IMG/VR virus record: IMGVR_UViG_3300049023_000021
Span: 1-44,272 of that record
DNA: 44,272 nucleotides
Source of the DNA: a virus
Taxonomy: Duplodnaviria > Caudoviricetes
Direction: 5' to 3' (one strand)
Made by a program: the position numbers and the translations under genes. Shown one piece after another: positions 1-8,365 of this stretch. The number at the start of each line of letters is the position of its first letter. The stretch's first letter is position 1. The notes beneath the pieces are model-generated. The model made no database searches, was not told where the DNA came from, and was given only the letters and a program-made list of their open reading frames with translations.

Positions 1-1017
1 GGCGCCTTCCGGCTTGCGCTCGCGCCAAACGTCGAGCGGGAAACCATGGAAATCAGGGGAAGGGGAGGGGGCCACCGGACCAGGATCAACAGTAGCCCCC
101 GGCGCTGATGCCGCGACCGGCGGAAACCCCGCAACGGACCCCGGTAGCACGGGTTTAGACAGCGCTGCGTTAACTTGGTCCAGAATGCCCGAAAGGTCAA
201 TAGGCGGCAACAGATTGTCAAAGGCGCGGTTGATTGTGTAATCCAGGTACTTGTCACGCTTGGCTTTGTCGCGCTGACCGAGGGCCGACATTCGGAAGAT
301 ACGGGCGATCTGCGGTCGGTTCTGCGTGTGGTATGCGATGAAGTTCATTAGAGCCTGATCGGCTTCAGACTGCGACGCATAGTCGTGGTGCCAATCACCG
401 GCAAAGAGCCGGTCGAACTTGTCGGCGTTGGACGCGCGGCGGATTTTCTCTAGCAGAACGTCGTCAAACATATCCGGGTGCGGCGTGCCGATGAAGTAGT
501 TAGCAACGGCCTTCGGTCCCATCTGTTCCCACAATTGAGACACAATCGCGGTTTCATCGTTGATTGGCGCGGCGCGGTAAACGTTGCCCGTGAACGTAAA
601 ATAGCGCTCTTGGCTATAGATTTCGATTGAGGCGCGCTTACGACCATGAGGCACACGCGCACGGGTGATAATGTGCAGCCCGTTGCCCGACGGGGAAAGC
701 TCCGCGTAACTGGTCGTATTGTCGAATATCTTGCGTTGGCGCGCGAAGTCTTCCGCGTCTTCGGTGTAATCCAGATCGATACCGCAATACGGATCGTTGG
801 TCGTGAACACGAAGCCGATACCGTTGTAGCCGTTCCAGGTCGCATTAACTGCGGTCATGAAATCGACAAACGTTGACGGATCGGTGACAGACGCGAGACG
901 GCCCGTTACAGGATTATAAGGAAGCTTGGTCGGCTTACCGCCGTCGGTCATTTCGTACCGCCACACGACCCATTGATGCAAGCGCCGCAGTTCTTCCGGT
1001 ATGTTATTATATTGCAT
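1..1017 (-). CDS. DNA primase-polymerase (AEP/prim-pol) fused to helicase-like domain, N-terminal part; runs off the window edge
   Basis: Not in the ORF track. ATG at 1017 (TAATG overlap with the upstream ORF) and open to base 1: MQYNNIPEELRRLHQWVVWR...GIGFVF...CGIDLD...YAELSPSGNGLHII...IEIYSQERYFTFTG, the prim-pol DxD and SxSGxGxH motifs. Confidence 0.88.
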   Translation of the reverse strand, partial: MQYNNIPEELRRLHQWVVWRYEMTDGGKPTKLPYNPVTGRLASVTDPSTFVDFMTAVNATWNGYNGIGFVFTTNDPYCGIDLDYTEDAEDFARQRKIFDNTTSYAELSPSGNGLHIITRARVPHGRKRASIEIYSQERYFTFTGNVYRAAPINDETAIVSQLWEQMGPKAVANYFIGTPHPDMFDDVLLEKIRRASNADKFDRLFAGDWHHDYASQSEADQALMNFIAYHTQNRPQIARIFRMSALGQRDKAKRDKYLDYTINRAFDNLLPPIDLSGILDQVNAALSKPVLPGSVAGFPPVAASAPGATVDPGPVAPSPSPDFHGFPLDVWRERKPEGA

Positions 1018-1214
1018 TAGTTCAATTCCAACTTTGCGCCGCTCAAATATTCATAGACCCGTTGCAGATCGTCGCCCCGAGCCGTCTTGACTTTACCGGT
1101 TGCGAAGCGCCATAGCCAAAGATATTCGACCCCGGCGCCGGTCGCTATCTCCCGGTAGGACTGCGGCGAAGCGAGCACTAAATCTTGCGTTCGCGTGTAT
1201 AGTGAGTTCTGCAT
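1017..1214 (-). CDS. small helix-turn-helix (Cro/XRE-like) DNA-binding protein
   Basis: 65 aa with SYREIATGAGVEYLWLWRFATG HTH-like pattern; translationally coupled to the primase. Confidence 0.7.
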   Translation of the reverse strand: MQNSLYTRTQDLVLASPQSYREIATGAGVEYLWLWRFATGKVKTARGDDLQRVYEYLSGAKLELN

Positions 1215-1253
1215 GTAGTGATTGCCCCTAATGCGGAATGTGGGTAGGCTATC

Positions 1254-1282
1254 GGTTTACCGCTTCGGTCCAGGTCGGTCAA
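1254..1282 (-). promoter_or_regulatory. leftward sigma70-like promoter (HTH-primase operon)
   Basis: TTGACC (1282-1277), 17-nt spacer, TAAACC (1259-1254). Confidence 0.55.
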
Positions 1283-1310
1283 TCTTTTTCTATCATAAAT
1301 GAAATAACGC

Positions 1311-1339
1311 TTGACGCCGGGGTGTCGGAACCCTATAAC
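1311..1339 (+). promoter_or_regulatory. rightward sigma70-like promoter (replication operon)
   Basis: TTGACG (1311-1316), 17-nt spacer, TATAAC (1334-1339); AT-rich tract upstream. Confidence 0.75.
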
Positions 1340-1376
1340 TGTCACTGTTAACAACCACCCGCAACGAGGTTTGATT

Positions 1377-1823
1377 ATGTCTAACAATTGGGGTTCCCCC
1401 GTTCAGCCGATGCCTTCCAAGCGCGAAGCCGTTATTAACGAATGGATCGCGGCTAAGCGTGCGCTTGACGACGCTAAGACCCGTGAAGCCGCTGCGCGCC
1501 TTGCGTTGATTGCGACGGTTTCCGACATTGCCGACCCGATGGCGACCGGAACCGAGAACGTTGACGTAGGCACCGGTACGATTAAGATCGTTCGCGCGTT
1601 GAACTACAAGCTGACCGCCGACAACGACGGTATCGACAACGTTCTTGACCAGATCGAAAAGAGCATGGAAGGCGGTAACATTATCGCAGAACGGCTCGTT
1701 AAGTGGAAGGGCGAACTGTCGGTTAGCGAATACAAGCTTCTTTCGCCCGAGAACAAGGCGCGTATCGACCGCATTCTTGAGACCAAGCCCGCAGCCCCTT
1801 CGGTCGAGTTCAAGGCGCGCTAA
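1377..1823 (+). CDS. hypothetical phage protein, first gene of the replication operon
   Basis: GAGGT RBS before ATG 1377 (MSNNWG...); TAATG coupling to the next gene. Confidence 0.8.
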   Translation: MSNNWGSPVQPMPSKREAVINEWIAAKRALDDAKTREAAARLALIATVSDIADPMATGTENVDVGTGTIKIVRALNYKLTADNDGIDNVLDQIEKSMEGGNIIAERLVKWKGELSVSEYKLLSPENKARIDRILETKPAAPSVEFKAR

Positions 1824-2167
1824 TGTCTTCGTTCACCGTCATTGACGACACAATCTATTGGGAGGGCCGCGCGTTTGCGGTCCTTTCAGTCTCGCCGGTA
1901 TCAGATGGCGGTTGGGTCATTGATGCACGCGACGCGATTGAAGGTATCGATTACGTTACTGAAGAAGAGGTGACCGAGTTTCGCACCGCGTTTCGAGGCG
2001 AAATTAACGATACCTTAAACGAGTGCTTGACGCACGCCGTCGAAAAGCTTTGGCTACCCGAGCCGTTCCACGATATCTTGGCCGAACTAATCGGCCCGGC
2101 GCTCCGCAAGGGGCTAGACGAGGAAATCGCGCGCACGCTGCGGTTAGAATTTAAGGCTGAAGAATGA
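1823..2167 (+). CDS. hypothetical protein
   Basis: 114 aa ORF with coupled start and stop. Confidence 0.7.
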   Translation: MSSFTVIDDTIYWEGRAFAVLSVSPVSDGGWVIDARDAIEGIDYVTEEEVTEFRTAFRGEINDTLNECLTHAVEKLWLPEPFHDILAELIGPALRKGLDEEIARTLRLEFKAEE

Positions 2168-2490
2168 CCCCGCGACCTACTCTTTATTGGACCGTGAAGA
2201 AAGAAGCTTACGGCGCTTCGTTTGAGGTTATGAAAGTAACCCGCGTCGCCCCCAGGCAAATTTACGGATCGGTTGAGGGGATGCCCACACACTGCCCGGC
2301 GTCCAGCACTCACGGCACGTTTGCCGACGAGAAAGCGGCACACGAAGCGGTCAAACAGATTAAGACCGCGTACCACTCGTTTGACGACCGCATTGCGTCG
2401 GTGCAGCGCGAGTTGGCGGCACTTTACACCATGCGCGAGGAAGCGACCAAACGCGCGACGAAAGAGGCAATTCGACATGCAAGCTCGTGA
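2164..2490 (+). CDS. hypothetical protein
   Basis: 108 aa ORF, ATGA overlap with the previous gene. Confidence 0.7.
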   Translation: MTPRPTLYWTVKKEAYGASFEVMKVTRVAPRQIYGSVEGMPTHCPASSTHGTFADEKAAHEAVKQIKTAYHSFDDRIASVQRELAALYTMREEATKRATKEAIRHASS

Positions 2491-3151
2491 CTTGGTTTCA
2501 AGCGGTTCACTCGCGCAACAGTACGGCGTCAAGGCGATTGTGTACGGCCCGCCGGGTTCTGCAAAGACCCCGAGTGTTGCGACCGCACCCGCGCCCGTGC
2601 TCTTGGCTGCGGAACCCGGTATGTTGTCAATGGCCGGTACGAACGTTGCGACCTACGAAGCTCAGTCATGGGCAAAGATTAAAGAGTTCTTTACGTGGGT
2701 CGAACAGTCGAACGAAAGCCGTCAATTCCAGACCGTCGCCGTTGACAGTGTTAGCCAGATTTGCGAAATCCATCTTCGCGACAATCCCGGCAAGCTGTCG
2801 CACGGGTTGCAGAAATACGGTAAGATGGCCGAAGACGTATTTGATATTCTGCACAAGCTCTATTACATGAAAGAGCGACACGTTTACCTCATTTGCAAAC
2901 AGGCGGTTGAACGCACCGACGCTAGTTCGAAGGTTCGCCCGTTCTTCCCCGGCAACGACCTTGACATTAAGGTTCCGCACCTGTTTGACGAAATCCTGCA
3001 CCTTGACAATCATATTGTTCCGGGTGTCGGGCCTGCTCGCGCTTTTCATTGCTTTAACGGCGTTGGTGCTATGTGCCGCGACCGTTCCGGCAAACTGAGC
3101 GAGTACGAACCGCCGAATGTTTCGGCATTGTTTGCGAAGTGTATGGCTTAA
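2477..3151 (+). CDS. Sak4-like AAA ATPase / single-strand annealing recombinase
   Basis: KAIVYGPPGSAKT Walker A, VAVDSVS Walker B, PHLFDEI, CRDRSGKL; GAGG RBS before ATG 2477; adjacent to SSB. Confidence 0.82.
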   Translation: MQARDLVSSGSLAQQYGVKAIVYGPPGSAKTPSVATAPAPVLLAAEPGMLSMAGTNVATYEAQSWAKIKEFFTWVEQSNESRQFQTVAVDSVSQICEIHLRDNPGKLSHGLQKYGKMAEDVFDILHKLYYMKERHVYLICKQAVERTDASSKVRPFFPGNDLDIKVPHLFDEILHLDNHIVPGVGPARAFHCFNGVGAMCRDRSGKLSEYEPPNVSALFAKCMA

Positions 3152-3168
3152 CAGAAAGGGCCGTTAAA

Positions 3169-4062
3169 ATGGGTGGTTATACTCTTAACACCGACTATTC
3201 TACAATTCAGCCAAGCGAGGGCGGGGGTCAGCGTTTCCCCGTGTCTGACAGCAAGGGTTGGCTTTGCATGATCGAAGACAGCGAAGGCAAGGAAAACAGC
3301 AACAAGAACGGCAACATTCTGATGCTGAAGCTGAAGGGCTTGGAAGGTATCGTTACCGGCAAGTACCACGACCTTACCATTAACCTGTCGAACCCGAACG
3401 AAGACGCCGTTCGGATCGGTCAGCAGGAACTTTCGGCAATTGCGCATTGCGTCGGTCACCTTCGCGTGGGCAATTCGTCCGAACTGCACGGGCGCCCGTT
3501 CCGCGTCGTCGTTGCGCTGGAAAAGGACCAGGAAAAATATCCCGGCTCGACGCGCATCATTGCGTACCGTGACCAGATGGGCAACAAGCCGTCTGAAGCC
3601 GGTCAGGGTGCGTTGTCGAACGCGGGGCAGTTTGCCCAGGGTCAGCAGCCGCAGCAGGGGCAGAACCCCGGCGGCTTCCAGCAGCAGCCCCAGCAGAACG
3701 GCGGCGGTTGGGGCGGCGGTGCCCCCCAGGGTCAGCCGCAGGGAAACCCGGCCCAGGGCTTCAACCCGAACGTCGGTGGCAATCCGGCCCAGGGTCACCC
3801 GGCTACGGGTCAGCCCGGCCAGGGCGGGGGCTACGTTGACCCGAACGCCGGTCAGCCTGCTTTCCAGGGTCAGCCGCAGGGCAATTTCCAGGGTCAGCCG
3901 CAACAGGGCTACGTCGATCCCAACGCAGGCCACACGCAGGCATTCCAGCCCGGCCAGTTCAACCCGAACACGCAGGGCCAGGGCCAGCCGCAACAGGGTC
4001 AGCCCCAGGGCCAGCCCGCCTTTCAGCAGGGCGGCGGCACCGGCCAACCTTCGTGGGCGTAA
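3169..4062 (+). CDS. DUF669-type single-stranded DNA-binding protein with long Q/G/P tail
   Basis: N-terminal domain (INLSNPNEDAVRIGQQELSAIAHCVG...SSELHGRPF), low-complexity tail ending PSWA; AAAGGG RBS before ATG 3169. Confidence 0.8.
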   Translation: MGGYTLNTDYSTIQPSEGGGQRFPVSDSKGWLCMIEDSEGKENSNKNGNILMLKLKGLEGIVTGKYHDLTINLSNPNEDAVRIGQQELSAIAHCVGHLRVGNSSELHGRPFRVVVALEKDQEKYPGSTRIIAYRDQMGNKPSEAGQGALSNAGQFAQGQQPQQGQNPGGFQQQPQQNGGGWGGGAPQGQPQGNPAQGFNPNVGGNPAQGHPATGQPGQGGGYVDPNAGQPAFQGQPQGNFQGQPQQGYVDPNAGHTQAFQPGQFNPNTQGQGQPQQGQPQGQPAFQQGGGTGQPSWA

Positions 4063-4078
4063 GCTCGACACTGAAGAC

Positions 4079-4103
4079 AAGGGCGGCGCTCGTTGCCGCC
4101 CTT
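4079..4103 (+). terminator. hairpin after ssb (weak terminator or mRNA stabiliser)
   Basis: AAGGGCGGC-GCTCGTT-GCCGCCCTT followed by ATTCCGTTT. Confidence 0.6.
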
Positions 4104-4123
4104 ATTCCGTTTGAGGGGTTCAC

Positions 4124-4990
4124 ATGCTCGATTATACCGCACCCGGCGCACTGCGATTAGTTGCCGACCAGATCGCAGACGGCATTGAAACGCACACGGC
4201 ACGCCCGGCCAAGTACTCGTGGCGCATCAAGCCGTCAAAGCTTAACGGTGAATGCGTTGCAGAAATCTGGTATGGGTTCCGTTGGGTCAGCCGCAGCCCA
4301 ATCGAAGGACAATCGGCCCGGCGCATGGATCGGGGCACCGACCGCGAAAACAGCCTAGTACGCTACTTGCGTCAAGCCGGTTGGGTCGTTTACGACATTG
4401 ACCCGAGCAAGGAAGGCAAGAAGTTTAATCAGTGGAATTTCACCGCGCTTGACGGTCACGTTTCCGCGTACCTTGACGGCAAGATGCACCACAAAGAGTT
4501 TTTCGGCGGTGCTGAAGTCCTGCTAGAACTGAAGACCATGGCAAAGGGTCGGTTCGGTCGGTTGTTTTCCAAGCGTTCGCTTATGGTGACCGAGCCGGAA
4601 TATTACGGCCAAATCCAAATCTATATGGACGGCTATAACCTTGACTACTGCGTGTTCTTCGCAGAGTGCCAGGACACGCAAGAAATCTATGTTGAAGTCG
4701 TGCGCCGCGATCCGCTGCTAGCGTCGCGCCTTCTCATGGTTGCCGAAACCATCAAAAATTCCCGCGTGCGCCCGTCGCGTGTTGCTCAGTCGCCAACCTA
4801 TCACAAGTGCAAGTCGTGCGAGTTCTTGAACGTTTGCCATTACGACGCTAACGTTGATCGCAATTGCCGGTCTTGTGTTAACGCGATTGCCGCGCAAGGC
4901 GGTAAGTTCTACTGCGATAAATGGAAAGCGTTCATACCCGGCGAGAAAGAGATTTTAGCCGCGTGCCCACACCATGAGCCGGTGAAGTGA
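4124..4990 (+). CDS. Cas4-like PD-(D/E)XK exonuclease
   Basis: N-terminal Cys (GEC), YLDG...LLELKT, YYGQIQIYM, C-terminal CKSCEFLNVC plus further Cys. Confidence 0.82.
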   Translation: MLDYTAPGALRLVADQIADGIETHTARPAKYSWRIKPSKLNGECVAEIWYGFRWVSRSPIEGQSARRMDRGTDRENSLVRYLRQAGWVVYDIDPSKEGKKFNQWNFTALDGHVSAYLDGKMHHKEFFGGAEVLLELKTMAKGRFGRLFSKRSLMVTEPEYYGQIQIYMDGYNLDYCVFFAECQDTQEIYVEVVRRDPLLASRLLMVAETIKNSRVRPSRVAQSPTYHKCKSCEFLNVCHYDANVDRNCRSCVNAIAAQGGKFYCDKWKAFIPGEKEILAACPHHEPVK

Positions 4991-6624
4991 TGCAAATTCG
5001 TTATTACCAGGACGATGCAACGTGCGCCGTTCTGAACTACCTTGACAACAACGTGACCGGAAACCCTATCGTTGCCATGCCGACCGGCACGGGCAAGAGT
5101 GTGGTTATTGCTGAGATTGTGCGCCGCGTCCTTATGCGTTGGCCCATGATCCGCTTTATCATGTCAACCCACGTTAAAGAGTTGATCGCTCAAAACGCCG
5201 ACAAGCTGCACACGATGTTGCCCGGCGTTGACCTAGGTATTTACTCCGCAGGTTTGAAACAGAAGACAGCGTTAAGTCCCGTCGTTTACGGCGGCGTCGC
5301 GTCAATGGTGAAGAACCCGAAATTGTTCGGCGTCCGTCACCTGATGCTTGTCGATGAATGCCACCTAATCAGCGACACGAACGAAGCGATGTATCTTACG
5401 TTGATTGACCAACTTAAGATCATGAACCCCAAAATGAGGGTGGTAGGCTTTACGGCGACCCCGTATCGAATGGGGTTGGGGATGCTTACGAACGGTCGCA
5501 TGTTCGACCATATTTGCTATGATGACACGACGCTAGAGCGCTTTAACCGGCTGATCGCTGAAGGCTTCCTAGCGATGCTTATTCCACAACAGACCGACGT
5601 TTACATTGACAAGGAAGGCGTTCTAACTTCGTCAACCGGTGACTACGTTCAGTCGCAGGCCGAAGACCGAGCGATGCAAGTTACGCGAGCCGCGTTGACT
5701 GAGGCGGTCAACAAGTACAAGCACACCCGCTTTAGCTGGTTGATCTTCGCGGGCGGTCTCAAACACTGCTACCAGATACGCGACATTCTGACCGAGCAAG
5801 GCGTTAGCTGCACGGTTATTCACTCAAATTCCAAAGAATACCCGATAACCGAGAAAGAGCGCGACGAGCGTATTGCCGACTTTAAGGCCGGGAAGTATCA
5901 GGCGGTAATCAATTACGGCGTTTTGACTACGGGCTTCGATCACCCGCCGATTGACCTTATTATCATGCTGCGGCTCACGAAGTCGGTTCCGCTTTGGGTC
6001 CAGATGCTAGGACGCGGCACCCGCCCGTTCGAAGGGGATAGCATTTTCCCGCCGAAAAAGAATTGCCTTGTGCTCGACTACGCACGTAACACACGGTTAC
6101 TTGGCCCGATTAACGACCCGGTCATTCCAGGCAAGAAAGGCGTCGGCGCCGGGGATGCGCCCGTTAAGATTTGCGAGTGCTGCGGCACTTACAATCACAT
6201 AAGCGTTCGTTGGTGTGTAGGGTGTGGGGAAGAGTTTCAATTTGCCGTTAAGATACATAAGCAGGCCGACGACGCCGAACTTATACGCGATCTTGAACCG
6301 GTTTACGAACGCTTCTATGTCACGCAAGTTTACTATTCACGGCACAAACCGAGCAAGTACAGTAAATCAGGGCTTGACACACTTAAGGTATCTTACTTCG
6401 TAAGCGGTCAGGTCTTGCCATATAACGAATATGTCTGTATTGAACATATGGGGCACGCGCGCAACTCCGCCGTCAATTGGTGGTCGCAGCGCTCCGCAAC
6501 CCCTTGCCCGGCGACAATCGAAGAAGCGTTGCAACAACTGAGCGCGCTACGTGAGCCGAAAATGCTTACAGTTTGGACTAACGCAACACCGTTCCCGTCA
6601 ATCGTTAGGTGTGATTATGAGTGA
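4987..6624 (+). CDS. superfamily 2 DNA helicase (RadD/YejH-like) with Zn finger
   Basis: PTGTGKS, VDECH, GFTATP, LTTGFD, QMLGRGTR, CECC...CVGC. Confidence 0.92.
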   Translation: MMQIRYYQDDATCAVLNYLDNNVTGNPIVAMPTGTGKSVVIAEIVRRVLMRWPMIRFIMSTHVKELIAQNADKLHTMLPGVDLGIYSAGLKQKTALSPVVYGGVASMVKNPKLFGVRHLMLVDECHLISDTNEAMYLTLIDQLKIMNPKMRVVGFTATPYRMGLGMLTNGRMFDHICYDDTTLERFNRLIAEGFLAMLIPQQTDVYIDKEGVLTSSTGDYVQSQAEDRAMQVTRAALTEAVNKYKHTRFSWLIFAGGLKHCYQIRDILTEQGVSCTVIHSNSKEYPITEKERDERIADFKAGKYQAVINYGVLTTGFDHPPIDLIIMLRLTKSVPLWVQMLGRGTRPFEGDSIFPPKKNCLVLDYARNTRLLGPINDPVIPGKKGVGAGDAPVKICECCGTYNHISVRWCVGCGEEFQFAVKIHKQADDAELIRDLEPVYERFYVTQVYYSRHKPSKYSKSGLDTLKVSYFVSGQVLPYNEYVCIEHMGHARNSAVNWWSQRSATPCPATIEEALQQLSALREPKMLTVWTNATPFPSIVRCDYE

Positions 6625-6829
6625 GTTATTCCGCCGTGAAAACCTAGAAGCAATCGCAGACTACCTTACGCCGCGTATTGTCGAGCTTCTTGACCAAGCG
6701 ACGCAGACTTGCCTTAACTGCGAACACTTTGACGAACCCCGCGAAATCTGCAACATAGCTTGCAAGCGTCCACCGGCCCGCGTTATCGCCTGCGGTTGCG
6801 AGCTTCACAAGGAAAGGCCACCGTTTTGA
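6617..6829 (+). CDS. small Cys-rich hypothetical protein
   Basis: MSELFRR...CLNCEHF...C...RPPARVIACGCE; overlaps both neighbours. Confidence 0.7.
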   Translation: MSELFRRENLEAIADYLTPRIVELLDQATQTCLNCEHFDEPREICNIACKRPPARVIACGCELHKERPPF

Positions 6830-7359
6830 CCGTTCACGCGATGATTGATAGCGAGACATGGGGCAAGGTTCCAGGGACCGCCGACCGTTCGATTGCTGCC
6901 GTCACCTTCGACCCGTTCGATTGGTCTCACAAGCGCAAAGAGTTCTATCGGAACGTGATTGACGAGCGCCCGCGCGATCCGTCTACCGTCTCTTGGTGGT
7001 CGCAGCAAAGCCAGGAAGCGCAAGCCGTCTTTGCGAACCCGTGGCCGGTTCCGGTCGGCGTGGCGCTTCGCGAGTTGTTCCAATGGTTCCGCGAAGTCGG
7101 CGCGGTCTTTGTCTGGTCGCACGGCGTCGGGTTCGACATTGCCCGGCTGGAATACACCGCTGCGCAAATGTGGCTAACCGTGCCGTGGGATTTCCGCAAC
7201 GTCTGCGATACCCGAACGATCTTCCGCGCCGGGGCGGTTAAGGTGACAACCCGCGCGCCTTGGACGATAAAACATCACGCTTTACACGATGCCCACAATC
7301 AAGCGCACGCGGTCGAACTCGCGTTTGCTTCTTTGGCTCTTGACGCGAAAGGTTGGTAA
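6826..7359 (+). CDS. DEDDh 3'-5' exonuclease
   Basis: MIDSETWG, WSHGVGFD, CDTRT, HHALHDA; TTG start after AGGAAAGG (alternative ATG at 6841). Confidence 0.85.
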   Translation: MTVHAMIDSETWGKVPGTADRSIAAVTFDPFDWSHKRKEFYRNVIDERPRDPSTVSWWSQQSQEAQAVFANPWPVPVGVALRELFQWFREVGAVFVWSHGVGFDIARLEYTAAQMWLTVPWDFRNVCDTRTIFRAGAVKVTTRAPWTIKHHALHDAHNQAHAVELAFASLALDAKGW

Positions 7360-7360
7360 C

Positions 7361-8365
7361 ATGGCACGGCGCCCCCGAGCGGGAAACAAAGAACAAGAGA
7401 ACCCGTTGCTTGACGCACTGCGGTTCGTTGCCGTCGCTCAGAGAGACGAGGGCACACCGTACCAGACACACGCACGGTTCACGGGCGAAGAGGTTGTTGC
7501 ATTCGACGGCGTGATTGCGGCGGGCTACCCGATCCCGATTGACCTTCACGCGTGCCCGAACACGACTAAGCTAATCGCGGCGCTGTCTAAGGTGCGGGGC
7601 GCCTATAGCATGACTTCGCTGGACACGCACCAACTTTCCATTACGGCTAACGTGTTCCGCGCGCTCGTGCCCTGCATTCCGCCGGTTGACCTTGCGCCGA
7701 TCCCGCCTGACCCCGGCCTTTACCAGATCGGTAAGGAATGGCTTGACGCGTGCGAGATTGCCGGTGTGTTCGTCACCGATGCCGCGCAAACGGTGTTGCA
7801 GTCGTCAATCATCACGCAGCCTTACACGGTCATCGGAACAAACGGCGTTGCGATCATTGAAGCGTTCGGGCGCTACAACACCCCGTCGGGTTTGATGCTC
7901 CCATATCCGTTTATCAAAGCGGCGATTGCGACCGGGCTTACCCCTGTTAGCTTCGGCTTTTCCGAAATCTCGTTTACGCTGCACTTCGAAGGCGGCGCAT
8001 GGATGCGAACGCAGCTTTACCTTGACGCGTTGCCGGGGAAGCTCCCCGAGATTATTGCTCAGATGGATAACCCGCAACTTGCGCCGATCCCTGAAGACTT
8101 CAGGACCGCGATTGACGCCGTTATCAAGTTCAGCGACGACGGGCGAATGATCTGCATACGAGAGAACGCGGTGTGTTCGCATGTTGACGATAGCCAGGGC
8201 GCACAATACAAGCTTGACGGGTTGCCCGGCTTCGCTAAGATGAACGGGCAATTTGTAATGAAGATGCTCCCGCACTTCGACCGTGCCGACTTCTTCAGTC
8301 ACCCGCAACGTGCGGTTTTTGCCGGTAAGGGCGTTCGCGGAATGCTTATGAAGTATGCTCAATGA
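7361..8365 (+). CDS. putative beta-clamp-like processivity factor
   Basis: 334 aa; VVAFDGVIAAG, IGTNGVAIIE, FAGKGVRGMLM repeated alpha/beta pattern; directly upstream of PolA as in PA73-type phages. Confidence 0.6.
   Translation: MARRPRAGNKEQENPLLDALRFVAVAQRDEGTPYQTHARFTGEEVVAFDGVIAAGYPIPIDLHACPNTTKLIAALSKVRGAYSMTSLDTHQLSITANVFRALVPCIPPVDLAPIPPDPGLYQIGKEWLDACEIAGVFVTDAAQTVLQSSIITQPYTVIGTNGVAIIEAFGRYNTPSGLMLPYPFIKAAIATGLTPVSFGFSEISFTLHFEGGAWMRTQLYLDALPGKLPEIIAQMDNPQLAPIPEDFRTAIDAVIKFSDDGRMICIRENAVCSHVDDSQGAQYKLDGLPGFAKMNGQFVMKMLPHFDRADFFSHPQRAVFAGKGVRGMLMKYAQ

Noticed and set aside
1017-1376. Lysogeny switch (divergent promoters plus HTH)
   Set aside because: No CI-like repressor, integrase or partition genes; the divergent promoters drive two replication operons.
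3148-4080. 310-aa antisense ORF
   Set aside because: Shadow of the repetitive, codon-biased ssb gene; no recognisable motifs.
4124-4990. Cas4-like gene as sign of a CRISPR system or mini-array
   Set aside because: No repeat-spacer array or other cas genes seen; solo Cas4-like nucleases are normal in Sak4/SSB recombination modules.
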